Assembly: GCF_000315625.1 (NCBI RefSeq)
Contig: NW_005434473.1
Coordinates: 1 to 45,489, forward strand
Reading direction: 5' to 3'
DNA: 45,489 nt
Source of the DNA: Guillardia theta CCMP2712
Taxonomy: Eukaryota; Protista; Cryptophyta
Within the stretch, counting starts at the first letter, position 1; each line of letters starts with the position of its first letter. Positions 9,301-21,625 of the stretch are shown here, piece after piece. The position numbers and the translations under genes were made by a program. The notes beneath the pieces are model-generated. The model was not told the origin of the DNA and searched no databases. It saw only the letters and a program-made list of their open reading frames with translations.

Positions 9301-9768
9301 ATGACGAGTTGCGTGCTGTCATTGCTATCACCGCCACCACTGCTGTTGATGTGCCTTCTTCTTGGAACAAGCGCTTGGCATCAGGAAACCCAGTTGAGAT
9401 TCAACGAGCCGTCTACAACCGAATCGCATAAAGTCTTTACAATGCAGAATGCGACCGCACTCGAATATCGCAAAAGGGTTGTCCGCACCCACTCCCTTGA
9501 CTTTGTGTGTCCTCCGGGGCCACGCCGACTGCGAGGAGCTGGGGCGCTATGCCGTCTCGCAGAGGGAGGATCTAACTTCGAACATGAATCGGATTTGACT
9601 GTCCTAGCAAAAAGTTTCAGGGCCGTCGTCACCTCCCGTGGGTTAGAATCCCATGTGCAACCATGCATCAGAGACGAGGACTGTGGCGAGGGGATGAGGT
9701 GCAGGTTCTCGAGGTACGGGGGTTATTGCGCGCTCAATGTCACAGACACATGGGTGTTTGTAGACTGA
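9301..9768 (+). CDS. Small secreted Cys-containing protein
   Basis: Signal-peptide-like start. C-terminal PCIRDEDCGEGMRCRFSRYGGYC module. Confidence 0.6.
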   Translation: MTSCVLSLLSPPPLLLMCLLLGTSAWHQETQLRFNEPSTTESHKVFTMQNATALEYRKRVVRTHSLDFVCPPGPRRLRGAGALCRLAEGGSNFEHESDLTVLAKSFRAVVTSRGLESHVQPCIRDEDCGEGMRCRFSRYGGYCALNVTDTWVFVD

Positions 9769-9867
9769 AATGTTTACAACCCATTAGGTCAATCTAGTGA
9801 TTAAATCCCTTGGACACAAAATAAAGGATAGTCACAAATACAAAAACATCTAGTCGTTTTCAAAGAT

Positions 9868-10092
9868 TTATGCATCACAAAACACCTGACTGCAATATGT
9901 AAAACTATGACAAAACCAAGCGCATCCAATGACCTTGTCGCAGAAAGTATCCTTGTGGCGATGTTCGTGGTATATTCTTTGGTCATACTGTGAGTTTATT
10001 CGTTCGTAATTCGCCGGTGCCATGGTGATAGGGACAGGGTGATACTGGGGGTTATATTGATGAGGGGTTGATAGTGATGTATACATTTGCAT
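9868..10092 (-). CDS. Small Pro/Tyr/Gln-rich protein with Cys-rich C-terminus (CYSTM-like layout)
   Basis: ATG start with upstream TATAAAA on the minus strand. FCDKVIGCAWFCHSFTYCSQVFCD. Confidence 0.4.
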   Translation of the reverse strand: MQMYTSLSTPHQYNPQYHPVPITMAPANYERINSQYDQRIYHEHRHKDTFCDKVIGCAWFCHSFTYCSQVFCDA

Positions 10093-10171
10093 TTTGTCGG
10101 GATTCTAACAAGGTTGCTTTTATATTGAAAGGGTTTCCAAATTTTGGTAGCTAAGAGAGCCGTAGCGTACC

Positions 10172-11065
10172 AGGGCCAGGGTCGGACCCTTGGTGTTTTT
10201 ACTTAGTGGGTCACATATGAAAATCGCCATGTGCAGGACAGAGAGGCCAGAGAGGATATAGCGATGCCATTGTCTCCCTGGGAGATGCCTTGGGATCCCT
10301 TAGCTCTGAGGGCCAGGGTCGGACCCTTGGTGTTTTTACTTAGTGGGTCACATATGAAAATCGCCATGTGCAGGACAGAGAGGCCAGAGAGGATATAGCG
10401 ATGCCATTGTCTCCCTGGGAGATGCCTTGGGATCCCCTAGCTCTGAGGGCCAGGGTCGGACCCTTGGTGTTTTTACTTAGTGGGTCACATATGAAAATCG
10501 CCATGTGCAGGACAGAGAGGCCAGAGAGGATATAGCGATGCCATTGTCCCCCTGGGAGATGCCTTGGGATCCCCTAGCTCTGAGGGCCAGGGTCGGACCC
10601 TTGGTGTTTTTACTTAGTGGGTCACATATGAAAATCGCCATGTGCAGGACAGAGAGGCCAGAGAGGATATAGCGATGCCATTGTCCCCCTGGGAGATGCC
10701 TTGGGATCCCCTAGCTCTGAGGGCCAGGGTCGGACCCTTGGTGTTTTTACTTAGTGGGTCACATATGAAAATCGCCATGTGCAGGACAGAGAGGCCAGAG
10801 AGGATATAGCGATGCCATTGTCCCTCCGAGGCTCCGGGAGATGCCTTGGGATCCCCTAGCTCTGAGGGCCAGGGTCGGACCCTTGGTGTTTTTACTTAGT
10901 GGGTCACATATGAAAACCGCCATTCAACAAGGGTTCCTCCTCACAGTCAAATTGAAGGGGTGGTAACAAAAGAGATATGAAAGTAGGGGTAGTTTTTAGG
11001 TGAAAGGGTCGGACCCTTGGTGTTTTTACTTAGTGGGTCACATATGAAATCGGCCTTGTGCAGGA
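10172..11065. repeat. Tandem array, 137-bp unit, about 5.4 copies plus an orphan partial copy at about 11005
   Basis: Units start at 10172, 10309, 10446, 10583, 10720, 10865. Each carries the palindrome agggtc-g-gaccct. Confidence 0.97.
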
Positions 11066-11505
11066 GAGGGTGCAAAAAAAAAAATTTGTATATATATGTA
11101 ACGAAAACGTGAGGTAAGTGACTTTGAATCGATTTAAATCAGTTTTGAATTGGTTTAAATTGATAAGAATAACAATATCATTTAGCTGATTTCTGTGTTA
11201 CTTTTGGGTAAATTTTTCTGGTGTTTTGTGAGAGATTGATAATGAGAGATTTGACTTAGAAGAAAAAAATGAGGTATGGAAAATCTCGGAAATTGAGCAG
11301 TAGAAAACAGCAGAATATGGTTGATTTTGATGTAGAAAATTGAAAAAGACAATCTTAAAAAAATTGAATTTATTAAAAATGCTTGTTAATCTATGCCTTG
11401 TCAATCTATGCCTCCTCTGTTCATTGGGGTTTTGTAGAAGTGATGATGCGGATTTTATTGAAATTGTCATGAATCATTAGTGTCAATGTTTGGATTACGT
11501 TGTAT

Positions 11506-12153
11506 TTATTGAACTGTGTAAATATATTGGTATTTATCAATAGGCAAGGTTGCCAAAGGGTGGTAACGTCTGTATTTTGATTTGGATACTGCTGTTTGGA
11601 TTTGATTTAGTTGGTGATGTTGTTGGAGATCGCGTTGCGAGGTGCATATCAACATGAAAGAAGAAAGGAATATGAACAAAGCCATAACGAAGATACCACC
11701 GATTGAAACTAGTGTTAGTTCGCTTTGTGTATATGGATTTGAAGAGCGTTTATCTGTGAAAGGATCGAATAGTAACCATACTATGATTCCAATGAGTGCC
11801 GTCAGAGTGATTGGGAATATTATTTGTAATCTTGACAATGATATCTTGTTGAAAGAATATAGAGATACTATCAAAGGCAGAGCGAGGAAGTATATTGCTA
11901 TGATAACATTGGATAGGAACCAATGTAATAGAAATGGTACATTGAGTTTGTCTTGTGAATCTTGTCTTCTTTTATTTATGTGGTTGATAGGGGCTGGTTT
12001 GTAGTACCATGTGATGAGAGCTGTTAACCAAAATAGATAGAAAAGTATGTATAGTGGTATAGGATTTCTTTTTGATATTTTGATATTATTTGGCTTCTGT
12101 TCGTTCTGGTCGTCTTCAGATGGCATGTTATCATTATCGTCTTCAGATGGCAT
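11506..12153 (-). CDS. Orphan membrane protein with about 4 TM segments
   Basis: ATG ORF with four hydrophobic stretches and a duplicated MPSEDD start. Confidence 0.65.
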   Translation of the reverse strand: MPSEDDNDNMPSEDDQNEQKPNNIKISKRNPIPLYILFYLFWLTALITWYYKPAPINHINKRRQDSQDKLNVPFLLHWFLSNVIIAIYFLALPLIVSLYSFNKISLSRLQIIFPITLTALIGIIVWLLFDPFTDKRSSNPYTQSELTLVSIGGIFVMALFIFLSSFMLICTSQRDLQQHHQLNQIQTAVSKSKYRRYHPLATLPIDKYQYIYTVQ

Positions 12154-12456
12154 ATGATGAATATATTTTATGATGTGGGATGATTTATATGCATTTGAAT
12201 GGGTTTTTAAGAGTATGAATCGGAGAATTCTTTTTTTGACGAGTGTTTTGCGGGTGGTGTGTGGATTTGTTTGTTGTTTAGGTAGTGTGTATCGGGATTG
12301 ATGTATGCCTTGTTGGGTTTATTAGTTTTTATGATGTAAATTACAAATTTTGTCTTGGTTTTTTGTAATGGCGTTTTTGAGATTAAGAATGAGCTGTTTG
12401 CCGTCACTGTGGATGAAGACGGGTTCGATTCTCTTTCTCTTCATTACATGATTTGG

Positions 12457-12658
12457 GTTGGGATATTTTGGGAATATTATTTATATATATCTTTATATTA
12501 TTGGTGTGTATTTGGTACCCCTCCGAATTTGGATTATTACTAGGGGTAGTGGGAAGTTGGGGATATTTTGGGAATATTATTTATGTAGATCTTTATATTA
12601 TTGGTGTGTATTTGGTACCCCTCCTCAGTTGGATTATTACTAGGGGTAGTGGGAAGTT
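12457..12658. repeat. 100-bp tandem duplication containing tggtacccc and taggggtag
   Basis: ggatattttgggaatattat at 12461 and 12561. Confidence 0.9.
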
Positions 12659-12723
12659 CCTGGTCACAAACCTGTTTAAATTAGGCGAGGTGGTGGCTGG
12701 ATGGAGTTCTGAGAGCTAAAGGG

Positions 12724-13968
12724 ATGAACGAAAGGCGTCTGAGAGATGTTGTTGCGGGAGCTGTGATGGAATCGTTACGGAGTGATAAGGGTCTTTCTGT
12801 GGAGAGTATTTTGAATTGTGACTGGGATCAAGTGGAAGAGTGTATTGGGAATCTGCAAGGATTAAGTTTCCGGGAGTCTGGTGACTTTGAGATGTTTTTG
12901 GGGAAGAAGGATGAGTTACTTGGGCATCTGAAGGTTAGTTTGTTTGAAAATTATGGAATTTTAGAATTGACGAGTTGAATGATTGACAGTATTTCGCGCT
13001 GGAGGATGCTTTTGATGTTGAGCTGGATGAGGAGCTTGAGAATCATCTGAGACCTTTTATGGGCTGTGCGTATTTGGTTGCTACGAAGCAGTTGAATGTT
13101 TTTGAGAAGGCTTTTGCGAATGTGAACAATGTGGAAGTTGCATATGATCTGGTTGAATTTTTGATGTAATATGCTTATATGGTTTGGTGATGTATTGTGT
13201 AGTTATATTTGTTACAGTGCTGGAAGGATTGTGTTTTGGAATGCAATCATACTTTCCAAGACGTGAGACTGGAGAGTACTTATCAGTATGGAGAGAGAGC
13301 GATGTTGGATGATTATTATCATAAGAATCTTTTCTGTTTTACGCTTATGCAGGTGATGATTGATTTGTTTATTTCTTGTGATGCTTGAAGGTTGTTGATG
13401 ATTGCTCTCTATAGGATAAGGTTTATTGCATTGTTTCCGATGCTCTGTCTCCTTTCATTGTATCAAGGTCTTTGTACAAGGGTTATGATGAACAGGGGTA
13501 TGAGTACAGTGTTTTGATGAAGCCACCGTCGGATGAGCTGAGAGAAGGAGCGAAGTCGTTGCTGGAGCAGTCTGGAAGGGGCGAGGAGTTTGAAGCTTCA
13601 AAGGGGCGTTTTACTGAGTTGTTCAAGAAAGCATACAGAGAGGCGCAGGATCGTGTTGAGGAGGCGAAAGTGTGTATCTGTGAGCGCATATCGATGCTGG
13701 ATCATCCACGTGAGGAGTTGATTACTAGATTTGAATGCGATATCACGTTCCAGTTGGACCTTGGTTTCCTCTGCCATTGAGTGGTTTGGAGACTGTGATT
13801 GACAGGGTAAACACGGGTGAATATGGAGGAGATGCGTGTCCGATGGATGAGGATGAGGATGAGGATGAGGATGAGGATGAGGATGAGGATGAGGATGCAA
13901 GGCAAGGGATGAATGATTTGGTGTCTGAGAGCGAGTGGGACTCTGACTCAGATGAGAGTGAAATCTGA
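12724..13968 (+). CDS. Multi-exon orphan gene with an acidic (DE)n C-terminus
   Basis: Coding blocks joined by short GT-AG introns (about 12933-12989, 13166-13218, 13353-13413). Its last codons recur at window positions 1-31. Confidence 0.6.
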
Positions 13969-15318
13969 TTGAGGTGAGAGCGCGATTGAGTTGTGTGTTT
14001 GATTGATTGTGGCTTTAAACCAGATTATGACTGATGCTATAGATGGCTGGCTGGCATTGCCAGGGAGTCTGAATTTGAAAGTATCTGTGCTGCTGCGCCA
14101 CGGAAGTCTCTTTTCTTGACATAGTTGTTAGTGAATATAACATAGTTGTTAGTGAATATAATCCGTATATGATCCAAACAAGAATCAATAGCGCAAAGGG
14201 GCTGGCTGCCCACACAATGATTCTAATTGCAACATCACTCAACGCCAGTACACTATGAATTCAGTTGTAATTGCCATTGATTTAAGCCATGGAAGATCAT
14301 TGTTGTTGCCGCTTCAACACTTTATTTTATATACGAGACAAGTCTGAAGCAAGGTGGAAAGAGTGCGGTGTGTAGAAAGATGAAACACAAGGCAGATTGA
14401 AAGAAATTTTATTGTCAAAACCTTTTAGGGATCCTCTTTAGAAGGCTAGCAATCAACCTGTCCTTGTTGTGGATTTCTGCAGCGTGTTCCTGTTGCATGC
14501 TCTGGATTCGAGCTTCGTAGTGAAGCTTCATCTGTTTTTCCTTGTCGAATGTTGAATGTTGAAACATCCTTCGTATCCAGGCTTGATATTCATCAACTTT
14601 TGTGTTGTGATGCAATTTTTTTGGGTTGAGTTTGATACGAAAAGATTTCAACAAGTTGCGACAGAGCATATCATGATCAGCTTTGATGGAAGAGTCCAAA
14701 AAGAATGGAACGAGCTTTTTGATCGTAAAGCGGTCAAGCAACGAGAAGAGTTGAATCAAATACAATCGCCATTGAACTGTCTGACAGTTGGTGTAACGAA
14801 TGGCACGATTTCGGCCCTTGGAATGCTTAGAAGTGTAATACATATTACATTGCCAATGTGAAAAGATATGACTTTTTGCGTAATCAAGTCCCAGGAAAGG
14901 TTTGTATTCGACAAGAGCATATATCACGGAAGGGTCCAAGAAATTTGGAATGAGTTTGTTGATAGTAAAGCGGTCAAGCATGCAGAAGAGTTGGATCAGA
15001 TACAATTGCCAGTCAACAGTTGGTTTGTGGATGGCATTATGAGCGTGACGTATAATAGCAGATTGAGCATTGTGGAAATACACAGGAGGTTTGTACAAAG
15101 CAACAGTATTGCATGCGTTGGAAAGAGATACTTTACGCTTCTTTGACGAGGATGGGTGGGAGTCGTTGCTGCGTTTGGGCATGGCGGCGTGGCTTTTCGG
15201 GGTCCGGTGGCGCCGGCGGTGAGTTAAGTAGATGTGTGTGGGGGGCTAAGTACCCCCTGTTGGGAGGGTGGAGTTTATAATATGAGTTATTTGAGTACCC
15301 CCTTGAGGATAGTGAGTA
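13941..15318. repeat. Segmental duplication, copy 2
   Basis: Matches 1-1377. This copy continues into the GAGTACCCC array, whereas copy 1 is cut off. Confidence 0.97.
14415..15182 (-). CDS. Identical copy of the 255-aa orphan protein
   Basis: Same translation as 474-1241. Confidence 0.7.
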   Translation of the reverse strand: MPKRSNDSHPSSSKKRKVSLSNACNTVALYKPPVYFHNAQSAIIRHAHNAIHKPTVDWQLYLIQLFCMLDRFTINKLIPNFLDPSVIYALVEYKPFLGLDYAKSHIFSHWQCNMYYTSKHSKGRNRAIRYTNCQTVQWRLYLIQLFSLLDRFTIKKLVPFFLDSSIKADHDMLCRNLLKSFRIKLNPKKLHHNTKVDEYQAWIRRMFQHSTFDKEKQMKLHYEARIQSMQQEHAAEIHNKDRLIASLLKRIPKRF

Positions 15319-16470
15319 CCCCCCGGCTGGAGGGTTGAGTACCCCTGGAATCAGCCTGATGTGTTTTTTATAATATGAGTTATTGATATGTGTTGGGTAC
15401 GCTAAGTACCCCCTGTTGGGAGGGTTGAGTACCCCCCGGCTGAAGGGTTGAGTACCCCCGACTGGAGGGTTGAGCTGTAAAGCTCTGCAGCTGGGTTGAG
15501 GGCCGTCTGTTGAGTACCCCCTTGAGGATAGCGAGTACCCCCTGTTTAGAGGGTTGAGTACCCCTGGAATCAGCCTGACGTGTTTTTATAATATGAGTTA
15601 TTGATAGGTCTTGGGTACCCCCTTGAGTATAGCGAGTACCCCCTGTTTAGAGGGTTGAGTACCCCTTATCGGCGGTATTAGCTGTAAAGCTCTGCAGCTG
15701 GGTTGAGGGGTGGTGTCTTGAGTACCCCCTTGAGTATAGCGAGTACCCCCTGTTAAGAGGGTTGAGTACCCCCTATCAGTATTAGCTGTAAAGCTCTGCA
15801 GCTGGGTTGAGGGGTGGTGTCTTGAGTACCCCCTTGAGTATAGCGAGTACCCCCTGTTAAGAGGGTTGAGTACCCCCTATCAGTATTAGCTGTAAAGCTC
15901 TGCAGCTGGGTTGAGGGGTGGTGTCTTGAGTACCCCCTTGAGGATAGTGAGTACCCCCGGCTGGAGGGTTGAGTACCCCCTATCAGTATTAGCTGTAAAG
16001 CTCTGCAGCTGGGTTGAGGGGCGTGTCTTGAGTACCCCCTTGAGTATAGCGAATACCCCCTGTTTAGAGGGCTGAGTACCCCTGGAATCAGCCTGACGTG
16101 TTTTTATAATATGAGTTATTGATAGGTCTTGGGTACCCCCTTGAGTATAGCGAGTACCCCCTGTTTAGAGGGCTGAGTACCCCTGGAATCAGCCTGACGT
16201 GTTTTTATAATATGAGTTATTGATAGGTTTTGGGTACCCCCTTGAGTATAGCGAGTACCCCCTGTTTAGAGGGTTGAGTACCCCTGGAATCAGCCTGACG
16301 TGTTTTTTATAATATGAGTTATTGATAGGTCTTGGGTACCCCCTTGAGTATAGCGAGTACCCCCTGTTTAGAGGGTTGAGTACCCCTGGAATCAGCCTGA
16401 TGTGCTTTTATAATACGAGTTATTGATAGGTATTGAGTACCCCCTGTTTAGAGGGTTGAGTACCCTTATC
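15247..16470. repeat. Modular higher-order array built on a GAGTACCCC core
   Basis: Dozens of (g/a)gtacccc cores separated by four reused modules: cttgagtatagc; tgtttagagggtt; tggaatcagcctgacgtgtttttataatatgagttattgatagg; tatcagtattagctgtaaagctctgcagctgggttgaggg. Confidence 0.95.
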
Positions 16471-16537
16471 AGTATCAACTGTGAACCTCTTCAGCTAGGC
16501 TAAGGGTTGAAGGTCTAGAGCTAATTCCGATCGCGCC

Positions 16538-17203
16538 ATGCAGAATAGCGATACAGAAGCCTCTGTGGAAGATCAATACTTCTCCCTCTCACAGAAGTTC
16601 ATCACACTCGAGCACCAATACAATGTCCTCAAAGGCAACTACGACACTCTCAAGCATACCAATACAACTTTTAAGAGCGAAATCAAGTCTCTTAGGCAAG
16701 ACCTGCAAAAGAAACATGATCGAATCATTGATATGAGGCAGCGTATTTATGACCTGCATGATGATCTCGACGATGTGAACAGAAGGCTCGATGATGCAGT
16801 CACAAGACTTAACGAGCGTGATTCTTCCTTTGACTACACCAAAGGCTTCTTCTACCTCACCCTTGGCCTCGATGCAACAAAGAGTTATACACCAAGCGAG
16901 ATCACCAAGGCATACAAGAGGGTCTACATGTTCAAACACTCAGACAAAGCCAGAGCCGACATCTGCAGCGACGAGTCTCGAACAATCCTCGAGGCAAAGG
17001 ATTACCTCATTGAAGGAAGTTGCGACCTGGAGCTCAACGATCCTCAGACTGAGTACCAAAACCTATTCAAGCTCAGACAGGAAGAGTACTTCAACACATT
17101 GTCGCGTATATTCTCGGTTGAAAGGGAAAGGAACAGACTTCAAGAGGAACTCGATGTCGTCAAACAGCAGCTCAAGGACGCACAGGCTTCCGCTCGACTC
17201 CAT
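16538..17203 (+). pseudogene. 5' part of a coiled-coil + J-domain-like gene, interrupted by a TIR element
   Basis: FYLTLGLDATKSYTPSEITKAYKRVYMFKHSDK...TILEAKDYL follows the DnaJ consensus with HSD in place of HPD. Confidence 0.75.
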
Positions 17204-20200
17204 TCCATTGGGTTCTCAACTGGATTTTATTCCGTCTCGGCGGGGTCTTTTTCTACCTGGATTTTTCTGAATGAATAGGTTTTGGATTTCAAAGCGAAAA
17301 TTTTCCTTGAAATGTTTTACTTCTGTCAAACCACGCCATTTCAAATTGTGGGATCCTGCCAGCACCGTGCCATTTCTGGAATTTTTAAACGTTGTACAGA
17401 ATGTACCAATGTTGTACACGGTGTCAGTTTGGGAGACTCACGTTCAAGCAGATCGCGCCCTGTGGGCACCATGTTGTGAGATGCATACATCAATGTGATG
17501 ACAAGAACATCTTTTGATGCCAAATTTGACCAGATTTGAATGTATCATGTGGGAAAACGACTGCATTTCCTTTAAGCAGAGTGTTTTGAGGATGATCATC
17601 GGATGCATATCATGTTGCAATAAGAATTTTGTGGAAAGGAAATATTTGAATCTCAGTTCGTTGAGTTGCGTGTAAATGCAAATATGCTTTGAAGCATCGC
17701 TGAGCATAGTTGTAACAGTGCATTGACTTGTAATAGTGTAAGGTATGCATTCAAATTTGCATGCTCACGCTATCCTATAATTGTGGAGTTTCCTTGTCAT
17801 ACTTGCACTNNNNNNNNNNNNNNNNNNNNNNNNNNNNNNNNNNNNNNNNNNNNNNNNNNNNNNNNNNNNNNNNNNNNNNNNNNNNNNNNNNNNNNNNNNN
17901 NNNNNNNNNNNNNNNNNNNNNNNNNNNNNNNNNNNNNNNNNNNNNNNNNNNNNNNNNNNNNNNNNNNNNNNNNNNNNNNNNNNNNNNNNNNNNNNNNNNN
18001 NNNNNNNNNNNNNNNNNNNNNNNNNNNNNNNNNNNNNNNNNNNNNNNNNNNNNNNNNNNNNNNNNNNNNNNNNNNNNNNNNNNNNNNNNNNNNNNNNNNN
18101 NNNNNNNNNNNNNNNNNNNNNNNNNNNNNNNNNNNNNNNNNNNNNNNNNNNNNNNNNNNNNNNNNNNNNNNNNNNNNNNNNNNNNNNNNNNNNNNNNNNN
18201 NNNNNNNNNNNNNNNNNNNNNNNNNNNNNNNNNNNNNNNNNNNNNNNNNNNNNNNNNNNNNNNNNNNNNNNNNNNNNNNNNNNNNNNNNNNNNNNNNNNN
18301 NNNNNNNNNNNNNNNNNNNNNNNNNNNNNNNNNNNNNNNNNNNNNNNNNNNNNNNNNNNNNNNNNNNNNNNNNNNNNNNNNNNNNNNNNNNNNNNNNNNN
18401 NNGGAGGTGCCCGCCTGTCCCGCTGTGTCTGTCGCGGTTTTGGCTTTGTTTTTTCTTTGCATGTTTCTCCTCCACCACCAGCGTTGGCCTCCCTTCCCCC
18501 TTTCGCTCTCAGGGAGCTTGATAAGGTGAGGGCCTAGCTGAGATTCCGTTCGAATGGTAGCATCCCCAGGCTTCCCGCCACCATATCACCCTCATCCTCA
18601 TCCTCACCCTCACCCTCATCCTCATCCTCATCCTCATCCTCATCCTCATCCTCATCCTCATCCTCATCCTCATGATACAACAACAACAACAATACCAACA
18701 ACAACAATACCAACAACAATAATTTTACTTCAGCGTCGAGCTTGCATTCTTCGATGACATTTCTGATCTTATCTCTGTACTGACCCGTTTACCCATAGTT
18801 GTGCTTCCACTCAGCGTCCATGCTCTTGATGTGCATGCGCAAGCTGCAGTGCTCAGACCATACAGTCAGACCAGCGCACTTACTTACACAATGAGTGTAC
18901 CAGTAGATCTCCATGACCGCCATGTTGTCATGTACAGACAAACAAACAAACCAACAGTACGGACAAACGAACAAACAAACAGTACGGACGAACGAACAAA
19001 CAAACAGCACGGACAAACGAACAAACAAACAGTACGGACAAACGAACAAACAAACAGTACGGACAAACGAACAAACAAACAGCACGGACAAACAAACAAA
19101 CAAACGAACAGTACGGACAAACAAACAAACGAACAGTACGGACAAACAAACAAACGAACAGTACGGACAAACAAACAAACGAACAGCACGGACAAACAAA
19201 CAAACGAACAGTACGGACAAACAAACGAACGAACAGCACGGACAAACAAACAAACGAACAGTACGGACAAACAAACAAACCTTCCCTTCAAATTTCAAAG
19301 TGTTAGCAAATTTTTTGGATGTGTGAAATCAGATTGGTTACATGTTATAATCAGACGCAATGGGTCGGGCACGCATGTCGCGCCAACGATGATTGTTTCC
19401 TGGGGTTGCAACACGCATAAGCCCACAATCAGCTGCGTTGAGAGGCATCGAGACTAGAAGAAATGGAGATAATATGTCCTCCAATGAAAACATTGACTTT
19501 CAAGATGTGCCACCTTCCAGTTTACATAAACCCCTGTTCTTGAAGATTCAAAGTTCCTTCCTATCTCAACTTCAGAGTTCGATTGAAGTTCGATGGACAA
19601 ATAGCACCCTGGGCTTACGGGTTCTTTTAACTCCTGGTTGTTGAATCCGCTATCATGAAGATCACGATGATCTATGCCAGGTTGTTCACAGGTGCGTTTC
19701 CGCTTGGCAACAAATAGCAACGCTTAGCAGATGTGATTGTTTACACATCCTCATTGTCATCCCTATTGTGATCAGTAGAGTTTCAATTGTCTTTGGTGAA
19801 AATTCAAACCTTGTTGCCAACATGATTCATTTAGGATCCTGACACCTCTGTTTCGATTTGCATGCAACATCATTCTATTTGTTTGCATCTCCTTCTTTTG
19901 AAAAGTGTATCTCAGAGTGTTATACGGTCTACTGTGACATCCTCCCGAAGTTCCTCCTGTCCATTGCGTGCTTTGTGTTCTGTGAGCCGCTACTACCAGG
20001 ACAGTGCTGCTTCAGAGCTGTTGTATACAAGGGACCACAGTAATCACCATCATGGTGAAGCATCTTTTATTTGTTGGCAAATAAACAATCTTCAGAAACT
20101 GTTATTACGCAGATTCAAGTTTGCATGACTGATACAGCCTTTGCCTACTCTATATATCGCTTGATCCCTGGTATCACAGCCTAGATGTCAAACATGCAAT

Positions 20201-21623
20201 ACTATCTCGGAGTGTGCAAGACACTTTCCTGAAATTGCATGGTTGGAGCAATTGCGAGAAAGGATTTGCAGAGAGAATAAGCATTTGCACGGGTTGTCAT
20301 GAAAGATGCTTCATCAACATCATCGGCAATGCCGCAGTAACACGATGATACGATTCACTGCCGTGATTATCAGCGTAGAAAGGAATCTCATATCGACACG
20401 TCTGAAGCAAGCATCTGATACAAACGATTATCTTCTTAAAACTCTGAATATCGCCAACCATATCATGTACCTGCCATTGTCCAATCAGCACATCTACAGT
20501 GTTCCCGATGCAACTCACTGGCCATGTAGGTTTGTGCCACGAAGGATACCGTAGACCATGAGACAGAGAGAAACACAAGGTAGACACTGTTTCGTATGAT
20601 GTTTTTGCTTACCATCACAGTTTCAAAATACATGCTGAGATCGGCTGTTGCTATGCCATCTTCTGTCCATTCTGAAATTACACTTGAACATTTTGAATGA
20701 ATCGTCATTGTGCAAGAATTTGAATTTTTTGCTCAGCTTTGACATCATCTTCGGCCTAAGCTAAGTGATCTAAGTGGTCTTAGTGCAATTTGAGGCAGCG
20801 TGGTAATGATAGAGATGTTGCATTGGCTTTATGTTGAGGAAGAGATGTTGAGTTCAAATCTCTTGCTACTTCTTGAATTTCACAGAAGAGACCAAGTCAT
20901 CACAAATAGACAAGTAACCGTATCTTCGTTTCCTGCATATCAATGCATGGTTAGATTCGAAGTCTCACATTGTTCATTATCGTCCTTACGCGCGTCAATG
21001 GGACAATCTCACCATCTCTTGTTCGCCGAGGGAGGGGGGGGCTGGAGTGGAGACAAATGGGGGGACCCCCTACCCATCATTTTCCCATTTGAAATTCAGA
21101 GACTGGGGGGTGGAGGGTGAACCTTGGTCAAATTCGAACCGTAAAACTCGCAACGCTCGAGAGTGTGACCCACCCTACGCGAAAAGGAGGTTTGGAGTGG
21201 AAATAATGGGGTCAAAGGCGTGGCGATTCAAACCCACATCGCGGCCACCCCCCTCGAGTATAAGACTCTAGCTCAGGTGGGTGCTGTTTGACCACGCGTT
21301 CGAATCCTAACGGCAATCGAAGAGATTGCTTTTCAGCGTCAATTCCACTACCAGAATGCCCAAGACTTTTATGATTCTCGCCCACTCCTGAAATCAGACT
21401 ACCTACCCTGACTTCATCTCTTCTGAGACATACGGGTGGTGTAGAGCTGAGTCGAGGGAGCTCTGCCGGCCCACGGGAAATGCTGACATTGACAGTACAA
21501 ACTTAGTACGGAGGGGAAAAGGGGATCCTGATACAAAAATCCTTGAACCCGGTAAAACTCAATTATACCTCGGTACAAACAGGCTAGCCTGGTACAAACA
21601 AATCCAGTCGAGAACCCAATGGA
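17204..21623. mobile_element. TIR DNA element of about 4.4 kb (includes a gap), 24-bp TIRs, AT target duplication
   Basis: Left tccattgggttctcaactggattt (17204-17227) and right aaatccagtcgagaacccaatgga (21600-21623) differ by 1 mismatch. AT flanks both ends. Removal restores the host reading frame. Confidence 0.85.
18930..19280. repeat. Minisatellite of (caaa)n with cag(t/c)acggac units
   Basis: Directly visible; it explains the spurious ORFs in all frames. Confidence 0.95.
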
Positions 21624-21625
21624 AT

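Noticed and set aside
17723-19457. Long ORFs across the N gap and minisatellite
   Set aside because: Artefacts of Ns and low-complexity repeats.
19400-20760. Transposase inside the TIR element
   Set aside because: Only short broken frames; no DDE motif could be identified by eye.
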